Origin: Isurus oxyrinchus | Lineage: Eukaryota | Reading direction: 5' to 3' | Assembly (NCBI GenBank): GCA_026770705.1 | Contig: JANJGN010000006.1 | Location: forward strand, 24,056,001 to 24,120,000 | Length of the DNA: 64,000 bases | Program-made: the position numbers and the translations under genes | The notes under the pieces: generated by a model | Databases searched by the model: none | Told to the model about the DNA's origin: nothing | The model's input: only the letters and a program-made list of their open reading frames with translations | Part shown: positions 12,078 to 26,074 of the stretch, piece after piece | How positions within the stretch are numbered: position 1 is the stretch's first letter | Layout of the letters: each line of letters starts with the position of its first letter

Positions 12078-12679
12078 AGGAGTTAGAAGTGGTTTTAATT
12101 CTAACCTTTCTTGAGTAACTATTACTGTAAGGCAGAAGGAACCATCTGAAGTTTGCGATATAAATCGTACTTTCGGATGGTTCTGCTTGCAGGACAATTG
12201 TCCAATGGAAGTATGAACTTCCCAGGCAATTGTTGTGTAATCCTTACTTTAGGACTTCTGGTGTGGGGAGTTGGGTTCCCCAGCTTATCTTTGGATACCC
12301 CCCGCACCCCCCCCCCCCCCCCCTCCTCCCCGATGCCCTGGAGCCTTGAAGTTACGGGCCATTATTTCACTGATGCATTTGACTGATTTCATTAATCTGA
12401 GTTATGCTTTGTCTGCAAGTTCAAAATATCTATGCTGTTTTATCTGAGGTTTTTTATTTCGTGAAGTAGACCCTTTGACGAATCTTTGCATGTGGACGGT
12501 GTCTGTTTGTGATTTCCATGGGGGATCTGACAAGTCCATCGGTTGTTAATTGTTCTCCTGACTTCACTTTGAGAGCTGTGCTGAATGGTAATCTTTATAG
12601 AGCAATGTAAATAAGTCGAGATTGTGAAAATAATAGGAATCCCCACAGAAAATGCCAAAATAAGCATGTAAAAGACAGA

Positions 12680-13765
12680 AAATTCAAAATTGGCTTAGTT
12701 ATAGGAGGCAGAGGGTGATGACAGAAGGATACTTTAGTGACTGGGAGCCAGTGTCCAGTGGCGTACCACAGGGATCTGTGCTGGGTCCCAATTATTTGTC
12801 ATTTATATAAACGACATGGATGACTATGTGGGGGGTAAGATTAGAAAGTTTGCAGATGACACAAAGATTGGCCAGGTGTTTAACAGTCAGGTTGAGTGTC
12901 TTGGGCTACAGGAAGATATAGACGGGATGGTCAAATGGGCAGATAAGTGGCAGGTGGAATTTAACCCTGAAAAGCGTGGGGTGATACACTTTGGAAGGAG
13001 TAATTTGACAAGGAAGTATTCAATGAACAGCATGGCACTAGGAAGTTCTGAGGAACAAAGGGACCTTGGCATATGTGTCTATAGATCTCTGAAGGCTGAG
13101 CTGCATGTTAGTGGGGTGGTGAAAAAGGCATATGGGACACTTTGCCTTTATCAATCGAGGCATAGATTAGAAAAGTATGGAGGTCATGTTGGAGTTGTAT
13201 AGAACCTTAGTGAGGCCACCACTGGAGTACTGTGTGCTGTTCTGGTCGCCACATTATATGAAGGATGTGATTGCACTGGAGGGGGTGCAGAGGAGATTCA
13301 CCAGGATTTTGCCTGGGATGAAACATTTAAGTTATGAAGAGAGGTTGGATAGACTTGGGTTGTTTTCGTTGGAGCAGAGAAGACTGAAAGGTGACCTGAT
13401 CACAGTGTACAAGATTATGAGGGGCATGGACAGGGTGAATAAGGAACAGCTGTTCCCCTTAGTTGAAGGGTCAGTCACAAGGGGGCATAAGTTCAAGGTG
13501 AGGGGCAGGATGTTTAGGGGTGATGTGAGGAAAAACTTTTTTTACCCAAAGGGTAAGGTCTGGAATGCACTGCCTGGGAAGGTGGCGGAGGTGGGTTGCC
13601 TCACATCCTTTAAAAAAATACTTGGATGAGCACTTGGCATGTCATAACATTCAAGGCTATGGGCCAAGTGCTGGTAAATGGGATTAGGTAGGTAGGTAAG
13701 GTGTTTCTCACGTGTTGGTGCAGACTCGATGGGCTGAAGGGCCTCTTCTGCACTGTGATTCTGTG
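12680..13765 (+). mobile_element. 5'-truncated CR1 LINE (RT C-terminal half plus 3' UTR)
   Basis: SGVPQGSVLGP, KFADDTK, LVRPPLEYCVLFWSP, LEGVQRRFTR. Frameshifted, with tail ctgtgattctgtga. Confidence 0.95.
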
Positions 13766-14567
13766 AAAATGGTGGGACAGTAAAATTCAGAGCATTTTTC
13801 CATTTGAGGAACCCATTTCAAGTGCTGCTAGATGCAGAATATATGCCAATAATTTCTATATGCTTGGTGGCGGGTTCTCTTGATCTCACACTGTAACCTG
13901 GACTCAGCAGAAACACCAGAGAATTGGGGCATTTACAATGTTTCTCTGGATTTTCTAGTGATCTTTTGCTGAAGTTACAGTGTGAGATGGGAAACCTTGT
14001 GGAACTCCAGCCCAAAGATGCACCTACTTTGTTCCAGAGCATCCTTTCACCTCCCCCACCAACAGAACAATCATTGCGCCAGTGCGACAACTGTGTTCCA
14101 TTTCCCACAGCAGCCATCCCGTGGTCTCTATGATGCCAGTTGGTGTCAGTTTTTGTGTTGTAGGTTGTATCCTAATGAGAGCTGGATTGAGATTGTCCAA
14201 AGTCTTTTCACATTCAAGCCTTTATTGAAGACACAGATGTCTCTCATCACATTAGGCAGGGCTGCATTTGAATCCACAGCACCAGCCATTTCCCAGTTCC
14301 ACTCTATTAAACTGTCCAGTTTGGAAAAGTTTCCAGTGAGCTGGCACCAGGTAGGTTCATCACTAGCTGGATGCTAGAATCAGAAAACTTGGTTGGTAAT
14401 CTACTGATATGACATTTAAAATTAACCAACCAAGAATTTTGCATTGTTTTAGCATGAAAGCATTACTTTCTGGATGTTCCCAAGAGGCTCTTGGTGCACA
14501 CACATGTAATCCTTGACTTTGAGCGCAGTCACATTATCGAAATGTTAGCTCTGACTCAGTGAAAAGA

Positions 14568-14908
14568 TGTAAACTGTAAGCTCTCCAGTCCAGAATACTT
14601 GGGACCAAGTCATTCCTGCGTTTTGGAATTTCCTGAATTATTGAATGATGTTAGAATGCCTGACCACTGGTGTGTGAACCGTAAATCACTGTAGATATAA
14701 ATATTTACCTGAAACATAAATACTGATAAAACATTATAAAGCAGGAATAAAAATTGGTTTACTTACCCAAATACTGTATCTTCTGTGTATACGCTGCCAA
14801 AGTACTGTACTAAAATAATGCCATGAGTTGTTTTGTTCTGCTCAAAAAATTTCCGGACAACTAGTGTTTTCAAACAATAGATTTCCAGGCTGGAGAGGTT
14901 ACGGTGTA
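14568..14908. mobile_element. Old Tc1/mariner (Tigger-like) MITE
   Basis: Inverted termini 'gtaaactgtaagctctccagtccagaa' and 'ttccaggctggagaggttacggtgtac'. Confidence 0.5.
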
Positions 14909-16724
14909 CTAAAGCTTCAGATTTTCAAACAAAGTAAAAGTTAATAAACTAGCATGTGTAAAGAATGATTTATGTAAAGTGACTACAGTGAAGCAATTAG
15001 AAGCCTGAATTGGCTAAAGCAAGAAAAAAAAAGCTCGTAAAAATTGAGCCAGTGACTGAACCAACATATTATTTAGAAATGTTCTTCCAGCACAGATTAT
15101 TTCGTTCATTTTTACAAATAAATTAGTGATTGTAGTATTATATACCATATGCCACTGCACTTTTCTACTGTTCATAGTTAGGACGGTTCCAGCAAAATAA
15201 ATAAAAAATATAAACATGGTCCCAAAAGGATAATATCTAACATTTCAAATGAACAAGTACTTCATTATCTATACATCACAGTTTCCCATTACAGCAATTA
15301 AAAATTGTATAGAGGGTTTAAAAGTCTGAGTTGAAACCCCCACCAAGAGGTTTAAGTCCTTAATATAACTGTATTGTATATACAACACAATATACTATAA
15401 CTGAGTCAAGAATTGCCAGTTTAACACCAGCAGATCCACTTTAAACAGTCATCTGAGAAGTTTGACAAGCTGCTCAGACATATGACTACAGGCAAGTGTT
15501 TAACATCCATATCCTGCGGGCAGCTGCTCATCGATCGGTTATTAGAATATTGCTGTACTAATTACCAGTTACAGAGCAGGAAAGGCAGCTACAAGGCAGC
15601 CATTAGCCTACTCAAGAACCAGAGAGCTTACAGGTGGGTTTGAGTGCTAATTATATAAGAGAACAGATGCTGAAGGATATGAAATGGACTGGCAGAATCC
15701 TCAACAAGAATTTGACACCCTTAAACACCCAAACATTGCAAACATTTTTGGCTCCTTTCATCTCCTGAGAAACTTGGAGCCAGAAGGGTCTTGGGCTTCT
15801 TCATTAATCACTGATATCCTCTTCAGCCTTAATTTATTTCACATTGACGCTGAATGATGACAGATGTGCTGAAACTCAGCAACTGGCACCAGGGGCTGAA
15901 ACCATAATACAAAGTGTTCAGTGTCTAACTATATTGGGCCCTGGTAGCAAAACAGGGAGAAGCCAGCCCACAATTGCTTAGGAATGCTTCAACAGAAGGA
16001 TGGGACTCATTTATTTCTGAAAGACACTGATGAGAAAAATTAGAGCAGTAATTAAATTTGCTGGGTCAGGAACCTTATAATTATGTTAATAAAATATCAG
16101 GATCTGCCTTTGCTGACCTTAATGCAATTTATCCAGCTTAATGATGGATTGAATTATATTTAAATCATTTTTTGATTTTCATTAGCTCTTTGAGATCAAA
16201 TGCTCCTTTTTCTTTTTTTTCATAGATGGTTTCTAAGAGTTGACTTTTCTAAAATGCTATCTTTGGAAAACGTATGGTAAGGTTTTCCATATGAACATAG
16301 TATAACCATTCAGCCATAAGTAATTTTTCTGCTACTTAGTTCTATGGTTATTGTATTATGATCACCCAAATTATCCACAACTGGATTTCACATGTTTTCA
16401 GTGGTGTTGGAAACAGGACAATCAGCACAACAGCAAATGGTGCATGTCAAAGTGATAGCAATGTTCGAAACTACGCCACACGCACAATTTTTCCAGTTCA
16501 ATGAAAGCTGCTATGTTTGGTGTAATTGAGACATGCCTGCAGCTGGCATTAGTTTCAGGATAGCACAATGAAAAAGGGCAGAATGAGACAAGCACTTGGT
16601 CATTCACTGGCACTGCCAGAGGCAGCTGCATTTTGGTTACCTCATTGCTGCGGAACAAATGGGGCACAAGAGACAGAGAAGGCAATAACTCCGAGAATGA
16701 GCCCATAAACCATGAAATAAAAAA

Positions 16725-17085
16725 AAAATTTACATTTATATAGAATGTTTCAAAACCTCTTGACGTCCGAAAGCACTTTACAGCCACTGAAGCACTTTTG
16801 AAATATAGTCAGTGCTGTACATAGTAAGAGGCAGAGACCATTGAGCCACTAGAGCCTATTCTGCCATGTAGGAAACACAGCACCAATGTGAGCACAGCAG
16901 GGTATCACAAACACTAATGTAATAATTACTTCTCATCCAAAAGAGAGGACCTCTGACAGTGCAGCAGTTCCTTTGCTCCGGAGTGTCAGCCAAGGTTTTA
17001 TGTTCAAATCTCAGTACTGGGATTTGAACTAACAACCCTTCTGACTCAGAGGTGAGTGTGCTACTGCTGAATCACAGTTAACACC
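16725..17085 (-). mobile_element. DeuSINE (SacSINE1-like)
   Basis: Reverse complement of the head ('gggatttgaact...ttctgactcagagg') and tail of the 8225-8677 family. Confidence 0.7.
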
Positions 17086-17344
17086 TCAAGTAGTATCTAC
17101 ATGACTGGCTCAAAATAACAGTGCAAGAGGTGGCTCAGACTTAGAAGGGCATTTACAGTTACTCACCACAAGTTGCAGGGTCAGAATCAAGAGTTTTCAC
17201 ACTGTTTCCGACAGCAATGTAAATGACTGTAGAACTCATGCTCTTGCCTCGCTGCCTAACAGTGGCTGATACTCACTTCCTTCTCAGTTGAAGCTCTGAC
17301 TAACATAGGAACAGGAACAGGCCATTTTGCTACTCAAGTTAGGA

Positions 17345-18025
17345 ACAAAAGAGATTTAGTGTTCCATATGCACAGATCTTTAAAATGTAGAATTCAAGTA
17401 CAAAATAATATTCAAAAATATCAATGGGATGTTAGCCTTTATAACTGAGGGGCTGTAGTATAAAGTGAGGAAGTTTTCCTAAAGCTATACAAGCTCTATT
17501 TGAGACATATTTGGGTTACTGTGTACAGTTCTGGGTATCCCATGGATATATTGGCTTTGGTAGGACTACAGTCCGGGTTCAACAGAGTGTTACCAAAGGC
17601 CTAAGGGTTAGATTACGAGGAGAGATTACACAAACTTAGCTTGCATTTCCTGGGATATAAAAAGGTTAAGGGGTGATTTTAATGAAGTTTTAAGAATGTT
17701 GAAAGGAATTGATAGGGTAGAGAAACCTTTTTTGCTGGTGGTTGGGTCTAGATCAAGGGGACATAACCTTCAAATCAGAGCTGGGCCATTCAGGAGAGAA
17801 ATCACAAAACACATCTTGTGGAGAAGTGTGGAACTCACTCCCACAAAAAAGCAGCAGATGCTCGTTCAACTAATGACTTTAAATATGAGATTGATAGATT
17901 TTTTGCTAGACAAGGGTGTGAAAGGACATAGAGCCAAAGTATGTAGATGCAGTTAAGATACAGATCAGCCACGCTCTCATTGAATAGCAGCAGTTGCTCA
18001 ACTGAGTGAATGACTCCTCTTTCTA
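17345..18025 (+). mobile_element. Old CR1 3' fragment
   Basis: Broken frame with YCVQFW, YEERLHKL and SRSRGHNLQIRAGPFRRE, followed by a 3' UTR. Confidence 0.8.
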
Positions 18026-18329
18026 CTTTCAATTAGATCATGGCCGAAGTGTACTGTACTGTCTATACCACCTCAGCTACATTTACTCATCATGGCTCCA
18101 TATTCCCTGATGCTCTTTTGTAACACCCCAGCAAGGACTCAGCAAATTCAGGCATGGTGAGGGAAGAAATTTAGCAAGAAAGTAGGTTTAAAACTATTGG
18201 CAATTAATCCTTTTATGGCTGCATTCCCCCCCCCAAAAAAACATGTTGAAGATAATCTTATGGCAGAAATATTGTTCCAACCTGAAGTCCTTCAGCCTCC
18301 AGCAAACTCAACGTTGTAGGAGAGAATGC

Positions 18330-18755
18330 ACAGAACACAAGAGTAGGCCGTTTTTCCTCTCAGGCTTGTGCCATCCTTTGATATGATCGTAGCTGATCTG
18401 ATTGTGACCTCAGCTCCACTTTCTCTTCTGGCCCCCATAACCCCTGATTCCTTTAAATCTGTCTAATTCAGTCTCTAATATAATTCAATGACCCAGCATC
18501 CACTACTCTCTGGAGAAGAAAATTCCAAAGATTAACAGCTCCCTGAGAGAAGAAATTCTTCCCCATCTCAGTCCTAAATGGGAGACCCCTAATTTTTAAA
18601 CTCTGTCCCCTCATTCTAACCCTAACCCTAACCCTAACAAGAGAAAACATCCTCTCAGCATCCACCATGTCAAGTCCCCTCATGTTTCATTAAGATCACC
18701 ATTCATTCTTCTAAACTCCAATGGATACAGGCTCAAACTGCTCAACCTTTCCTAT
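18330..18755 (-). mobile_element. CR1 3' fragment
   Basis: ORF 18468-18683: MRGLDMVDAERMF...RGQSLKIRGLPFRTEMGKNFFSQGAVNLWN. Confidence 0.85.
18616..18638. repeat. Short interstitial telomeric repeat (CCCTAA)n, about 4 units
   Basis: ctaaccctaaccctaaccctaac inside the CR1 fragment. Confidence 0.85.
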
Positions 18756-18944
18756 AAATAGAAACATAGGAACCTGAGTAGGCCATTAACCTCCTCAAGC
18801 CTGTTCTGCCATTCAGTCAGATCATGACTGATCTGTACTTTCAATTCAATTTTGACCCCCCTGATATTCTCACTCAATGAAAAACTGATTGATCTTGGTC
18901 TTCACTAACAGCTGGTAGAGAAGGGAGTTCCAAATTTTCATTAC

Positions 18945-19518
18945 TCAGTGGGGGAGTATTTCGGTGATGGTGCCAATAATAGTAAGATTTAAAGTAGTTA
19001 TGGAAAAGGACAAAGATGGACCAGAAATAAAGGTTCTGAATTGGGGGAAGGCCGATTTTAATATGAGAAGACAGGATCCAGCCAAAGTGGACTGGGAGCA
19101 GCCCCTTGTAGGAAAATCTACATCAGAGCAGTGGGAGTCATTCAAAAAGGAAATAGTGAGAGTGCAGGGCCAACATGTTCCCATAAAGGTAAAGGGTGGG
19201 ACCAACAAGTCCAGAGAACCCTGGATGTCGAGGAGTGTACAGGATTGGATAGATTTAAGGTAAGGGGCAGGATGTTTAGAGGGGAGTTGAGAGTTGGGGT
19301 ATCTGGAACTCACTGCTTGTAAGGGTGGTAGAGACCCTCACAACATCTAAGAAGCATTTAGATAAACACTTGATACACCATGCCATACATGGCTACGGGC
19401 CAAGTGCTGAAAAATGGGATGAGAGTAGATAGGGGCTTGATGACCAGCGCGGACACAATGGGCCGAAGGTCCTCTTTCCGTGCTGTAAAACTCTATGACT
19501 TTATGACTCTATGACTCA
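18945..19518 (+). mobile_element. Internally deleted CR1
   Basis: IVRFKVVMEKDKDGPEIKVLNWGKADF (post-endonuclease region) is joined at about 19250 directly to the ORF2 end and 3' UTR. Tail (ctatgact)n. Confidence 0.85.
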
Positions 19519-19699
19519 CTGCTACCAGGTGGGCAGCACTGCCACAGGGAGCCCATGTCTGAGAAGATTTCCTGAAGATGGGAACACACGTCTTAGAGCC
19601 AATCTGATCCACGTCATTCCAAATTTATACACTTCACCTGCCTCCATTATGCCTCCACAAGACTTGTAAGGTTCCCACCAATGTGTCCAAATTTCACTC

Positions 19700-20545
19700 C
19701 TAAATGCCATATCTCTGATTTTAGAATTAAGCACCCTTGTTCTGGTAGTTTCTCTACCTTGCCAAACCCCTTTATCATTTTATACACCTCAATTGGATCA
19801 AACCTCAACCTTCCATACTAAGAGGGATATCACCAATGTTTATTCCACCTGGCCTCATAACTTAATCTTCCAAGCTTTAATATCACTAGTGAATAGTACT
19901 CCCCTGCTGCCCCCGATATATCATTCCTGAGGCGCAGTGTCTAAACCTGAAACCAAAATTTGGGGTCTGACCAAGGATAATTACAACTGAAGCTTCACTT
20001 TTGTATGCCAGCCTCTTTGATGTAAAGAAAAACATTCCATCAGCCTTTCTAATTAGTTTTTGTTCCAGTCCACTAGCTTTTATTAATTTGTGCACATGGA
20101 CACCTAAATCTCTTTGCTCTCATATTGAATCCAATATGTCCCTTGACATATTAAGTTCCGCATAGCACTGTTTTTTGGTCATCTTGCTTTACTGTGAAAA
20201 TAGATATAATGTACTTGTTTACCAAGTCTTCCTTTTTCTATTATCCATTATAGCCTCAGATGTATTTGTCTTTAATGAACTCACATTCTCTTATACTTTC
20301 TCTTAATATATTTATAAAAATCTTTACTTTTGCTTTCATATCCCATGCAAGTTTTTTTTTAGTTCATATTCCCTTTTTGAACCTCATTACTTTTTTGTAT
20401 CTCTTTGGTGTTTTTATAGTTCTCTTGGATATCCAGTACTCCTTCCTTTTGAATAAGCTATTTCTTGTAGCCTGATGCTGTCACTTAACCTCATGACCAC
20501 AGTTGATTAACTATGTAGGTGGAACTTTTGCCTTTTAGGGGTGTG
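19700..20545 (-). mobile_element. Old fragmented CR1
   Basis: ORF 19886-20095 (KLIRKADGMFFFTSKRLAYKS) resembles CR1 'KANGMLAFISRGLEYKS'. Confidence 0.55.
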
Positions 20546-20620
20546 TACTGGTATTGTCTTGTGCCAAATACTTCCCATGTTTTGGCTGCAGGTTTATCGA
20601 GGGGTGAGGTGGGGAGCGGT

Positions 20621-22235
20621 GGGCATGATTTTATGGACTGCAAGATTGGGAAAGATGGCATGCTTAATTAGATGGGAAGGAAAATTTCAATTTCCTGATG
20701 GTGGGATGAGATGCAGAGATAAAGTCAGTGGCGTGTTTGCAGCATGTTGAGTGTTACTGCGGCCTGTGGCAGCTTTGAACTTGTAATATATTTGCACGCC
20801 ATGAATGCTCATTAGTGTGAAACACTTTTCAACAAAGTCCTACTCTCGGGATAAAGTCAGCAGCACACGAGAATCTTGTAGCACCTGGTTCATGATCTTA
20901 TGAAGGTGGCATGCACCAGTCACCTTCGTAGGGTTGTGCCTGAGGTCAGCAGTTTCCCTTGTTTAACTCTACGGCACAGAGGAGTGGAGCAGGAGAATGG
21001 ACCCTTGCACGGTGGCTCGGGACTGGCAAGGACGTGTCTGTGGTGAGAGGGGAGGTAGAGTGGAGGGGGCATGGAGGAACGGAGGAAGGATCCCGGGGAG
21101 AACAAAGTCTGGGGTCAGGATGTGGAGGAGTGAAGTGAGAAGGGCCTGACGTCCTGGTTGTGGTGAGGATAGTTAGTCCAGATGGGGAAACGAGGAGCCT
21201 AATGGGCAGGGTCAGTGCTGTCCACATGTGGGTCCATCTCAGGTGCTGGCTGGCAGAGGGAACTTTCATAGTCACAGGGAATGGTTGATTTGTCAGGAGG
21301 GTATGTCCAGTCTGGGGTTGGGATATTTAAAGGTCTCAAGGGGCGGGTCACAGGACCTTGCAACAACTCTAAGGATGATGCGAGAAGGATCCAGGATCAG
21401 AGGGGGAGGTCGACGGGGATGAGTGTAGGCTTGGTGCGGGGAGAGATGAGGGGAATTTGAAGGGATCTAGTGGGAAGGCGCAAAGTGATGTCGGGGGGGT
21501 TCAAGGGTGAGGGGGACAAGTGTGAAGGTGACAGGAGGGTGGACGGTAACAACTTTGAACACAAACCTTACAATGACCATTTTTGCAATGTCTCCAGAAA
21601 AACATGTGGTGCCAGGATTGGAGATCAAAGTGGGAGGAGCCCAGTGTGTGTGTGATGGGTGAAGTTTTGGCTGTGGACAATGCAAAATCTCAAAGCTCAT
21701 CAGTTTTATGGATGAAATCCATGGACGTACATGTTCTGTCATCTCATTGCCTGCCTTATTCACACAATCCAATTGCTGGAATACCCACGGGTTTCATACA
21801 CCCAATATTCCTGCAACCTCGAGAGCAGGAGAAGAGGATGCAGCAAAGGAGAGTTCTTACCGGTCAACGACAGAGGCTGCAATGCCATCAACAGGCAAGG
21901 TCAGACACGTGTACTGGGCAAGATGCTGCTATCCAGGAAAGGCATAGTAGAAAATGAGCACTGGCATTTGACAGCAAAGTTGTGGCCGTGATGCAGAGCC
22001 TCCCTTTTTGTCTCATAGTTTTTATAGCCCAGTAACTGCAACATTGTCAGCTGATGCTGGGTTTCACCAATGAAAAGCTTTCCTGTTGCTAAATCATATG
22101 TGTTTTGCATGCACACCACTGGCACTTAGAATTTTAATTATAATTGCGAGGGAAAAGGCAATAAGAAAGTGGAATTAGTGCACAGTCCTGGTTATGATGT
22201 CGGGAATGGTACGCTGTTGACTAAATCCCAGTCTG
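20621..22235. mobile_element. Degenerate Harbinger-like element
   Basis: Begins GGGCATGATTTT. Has a Myb-like remnant on - (about 20900-21080) and a transposase N-terminal-like segment on + (about 21770-21900). Confidence 0.4.
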
Positions 22236-22249
22236 CACCACAGGATCTC

Positions 22250-22455
22250 AATTTGTTTCTCATCCCTTCCCTAAGTTTGCCTTACATAACTTTAAAATAT
22301 TGGATTGTGACTCTCCCCTCTCCCTCTCAAACGTAATATCAAATCCAATCATATGATGGGCGCTATTCATAAGATGCTTCCTCATTGTCAGATTGTTAAC
22401 TAATTCTGGTCCATTACTCATCATTAAATCCAATATAGTCTGTTCCTTTGCCATA
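22250..22455 (-). mobile_element. CR1 endonuclease C-terminal fragment
   Basis: EQTILDLMMSNGPELVNNL..KHLMNSAHHMIGFDI resembles ILDLV...SDHNMIEF. Confidence 0.75.
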
Positions 22456-22919
22456 ATCTATACTTATTCATACAATATTGAACTTCTGACCTTTGGATAT
22501 AATTAAGAGTGTCTATAAATGAAATGGCATATTACAGATATGACCCTATAAATGCCTTTATGTGATATTAATGTGAAAAACTTTAATGTATTCATGTGAC
22601 ATTGCTTTAAATGAGGCCTTAAAAAAATTTACTGTTGTCTCCATTAAAATAGTAGACAATGTAATGCCATATGAATACTTTAAATCTTTGCACTCAAATA
22701 CAATGTAAAATAATTTCTCGACCCTAATGCTGTATTGTGACCTTTAGCTGTGCTTCTGTACTGTAATGCTGCTACTATCTAGTATCAATGCTAAATCATC
22801 CTCCTTCTCTTACAGTAGTTTCATAATTTCTGAGGTAAAACTACCATGATCTTTTTGTACTTGAGCTGATTTTACAATGTCATTAACAAATAGATTATTG
22901 CAACAAATATTAAATTAAG

Positions 22920-23308
22920 AAAAGAAAGACTTGAACTTACATGGTGCCTTTCATGACTGCTGAATGTCCCAAAGTGCTTTACTGCCATTGAAGTATTTTT
23001 GAAATGTAGTCACTGTTGTAATGTAGGAAAGGTTGCAGCCAATTTGTACACATCAAGCTCCCACAAACAGCAATGTGATAATGAACAGAGAATCTGTTTT
23101 TGGGATGTTGACTGAGGGATAAATATTGGCCAGGACACTAGGGTTAACTCCCCTGCTCTTCTTTGAAATAGTGCCGAGGTATCTTTTACATCCACCAGAG
23201 AGGGCAGAAGGGGCGTTGGTTTAATGTCTCATCTGAAAGATGCACATCTGACCGTACAGCATTCTTTCAGTACTGCACAGGAGAGTCAGTTTAGATTTTT
23301 GTGCTCAA
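22920..23308 (-). mobile_element. DeuSINE (SacSINE1-like)
   Basis: 'tgagggataaatattggccaggacac' core and 'aaagaaagacttgaacttac' tail, reverse complement of the 8225 family. Confidence 0.8.
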
Positions 23309-23659
23309 TAAAGATTTGCATTAAATAGCTGTAGAAGTTCAGGTAGAATTAGTTTTACAATGATTGTAGTAAATATACTGGTTAATACAACATTTTATGA
23401 AAGAATTACAATACTAAAGTAGACTGTTTACAATAAGGTCCGTTTGTAAACAGTCTCACCATTGATAAATCAATAATATTGCACCAAATTGTAATCATGA
23501 AATAAAATGATAATATTGATGAACAAGGGGTTTGGGGCTAATTTGGTTTCCTGTTCAGGTCTATCTTATTTCAAAATGGTTACTTCATATCTCAAAAATC
23601 TAGCGTGAATCAGGTGTAAATAGTAGAGAACTGGAACAGCCTACCAGAATAGTAATGTG

Positions 23660-24430
23660 ATAATAGCCCTCAGTTTTCCACAACAGGGCCAGAAAATCCC
23701 GACCAAAGACACTGGCTGTCTCAAACTCTCAAGGTGTCAAACGACAACACGGGATGCTTGAAATAAACAGACACCTTGCACTTTGTTTGAAAAAAAAGGA
23801 CTTTCAACTTGTGGAATACACATAATGAGGAAACCATTTTGGTCGTCTGCTTTTAAACTAGTAGACGCTGCTTTCAGATAGAGGGAGAGAATTCCACTGA
23901 AAGCCATTGAACCGGCTGCAAGCCATCCAGGCAGCCAAGGTAATAATCTGTAATGGCATTAAAGTGGGAGAAGGACGCCACCAAGCTCCCCACCACCCCT
24001 CCTCCCCCCCCACCAAACTGTTCTAACTTCGAGTTCATCTGCAAACCAACCTTATGGAAATGCGACTAAAATAAACCTCACTGCTTACTGAGAATCCTTC
24101 GCTGTACCAGGCTTTCACTTCAACTTTAAGGCATCACCTCCATCTAAGAAACAACAAGCCTGCCATGAATGAGACTAATGATTATAAGTTGCAACCATAT
24201 TATTTTACCTTCATCTGTATCTAATCATTGTGTGTGTGGGAGACGAGTGAGTGAGAGGTCACGTTTAAAAATCCGGGGCAAGTATGTGATAATAAATAAC
24301 TTTATTTTAAAACTCACAAAACGCTTGCTGCTGGAATTATTTAATTGGGATTCTCACTCTGAGCGTAAGCGTACATACTTTTTACATACCAAAATACTGA
24401 TCATGGGCAGTAAAAAGGAACACATAAGTT
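23660..24430 (+). mobile_element. Possible solo LTR-like repeat
   Basis: Has AATAAA at about 24291 preceded by a GT-rich tract, and resembles LTR-like repeats from memory only. Termini not resolved. Confidence 0.25.
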
Positions 24431-25214
24431 CAGCCATGACAAAGCGAAGGGGGTCTTGGCCACCGGCTGAAGAGCTGGTGAGGCTGCCGCATCACCTCTT
24501 TTCGGGAAGGCTCGCCCATTTTGTGCCACTCAGGAACTTAACAAGCCAGTGGCTGGCTTTCCCCTGGGATCAAGGATCCCAGGCACACAAGTCCCGCCTG
24601 CTGAGAAAGCTGCCTGTCAATCAGAGGCCAGCAGTTCTTCTGTGCTCAGTAGCACCACCAGGGAGGTGGTGGCTGTTGCCAGTACTGCACCTACCTGAGG
24701 CCTTGGATCGATGAGGGGCCCAGGCACAGGTGAGTGATGACAAAAATGGGGTCGTAGGGTGGGGATCGCGCAGGAGGACGGTTGGCAGCAAAGACAGGGG
24801 GTGACTTTCAGTGCCTCCCACCCCCAACTTCCTGCTGCCGTGTTTCTCAATCAGCCACTCAGTGCCTTTGAACAAGGGACTCCCCCCAACCTCACAAGCA
24901 AACACGCCAAAACCTGGAGGAGTGGGGAGTGGGGCGGGGGCTTGCTGGCAAGCCAGTGGTCATGCAAGGCACCAGAAGGGGAGTGCAGATCCGTACTGCG
25001 CATGTGCTAAATTCAATGAGCAAATAAATGGGATAAAGTGTCCCAAATGCAGACAGCAGGCCAAGCGCCTCAATACGGGATGCTCCCAGGAAATCCAGGG
25101 CATCATTTAGAAGGCATCCCCAGCTGCCTGATTAAATGTCCCCCACCACCAAAATCCCCTAGGTGATGGTACAAGCTTCCACACATTGTGGACTTAACCT
25201 GCCACGACTCCTAG

Positions 25215-25392
25215 ATTTATTTTATTCATTTTATGGGATGTGGGCATTGCTGGCTAGGCCAGCATTTATTTCCCATCTCTAACTGCCCTTGAGAAGGTGG
25301 TGGTGAGCTGCCTTCTTGAACCACCACAGTCCATGTGGGGTAGGTACACCCACAGTGCTGTTAAGGAGGGAGTTCCAGGATTTTGACCCAGA
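25215..25392 (-). mobile_element. Non-LTR retrotransposon 3' end
   Basis: Longer copy of the 7995-8102 family. Confidence 0.7.
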
Positions 25393-26074
25393 TCACTTTC
25401 AACTTTATCCTTAGCTTTTCTATTTCCGGAGTGAATTTTTCATCTGTTTCCCTCTCCTACATGCAGCATTTCACATTTTTCAACTTAAAATTTAATCTTT
25501 CATTGTTCTGCCCACTTATATATTGACTCTGAAATGAATGTAGAGGCAGGTTCTGAATTGAGTGAGGGTGTGGGCAAAAAACTGGAAGATAAGCATACGT
25601 ATTGATTGATCTCAACAGGTAGAAGTGGAGTAACCTTTGACAGGGCCCTCACAGTCTGCAAATCCCAAAGGTTATAGGCCAAAAGCATCACAACAGTCAG
25701 GGCAGCATGCCAAGCATCCTGCCTCTGTATCTGGTGAAGCTACAGAAGGTGCCCAATGCAGAAGCACTAGGAAATGTAAAAGAAAATAATTCTCATTTAC
25801 CAAGGTATACACGTGTGTTTGACCAAAATGTTATATTGTGAAGTTTTCCTTTCTTATAATGCCACATAAAATTTATTGATTGGCATTACTTCCAAGCCTT
25901 GTTCATTATTGCATCCCAAATGTCAACTTGCCCTTTCATTTGCTTCATGATGGATGTCAATACATGATGGGCCGATTAGGCGGGTGGGCAATGGGTGGAT
26001 GAAGAGTTTAAGGACTGTTAGTTGGGAATGCGTTGGAACATTTCATTTGTGGTGTTTTCTAGCTGAACCTTTGA

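Noticed and set aside
16641-16647. 7-nt minus-strand microexon (ttccgcag|CAATGAG|gtaacc)
   Set aside because: Good splice signals, but frame-shifting and with no host gene identified; unsupported without RNA data.
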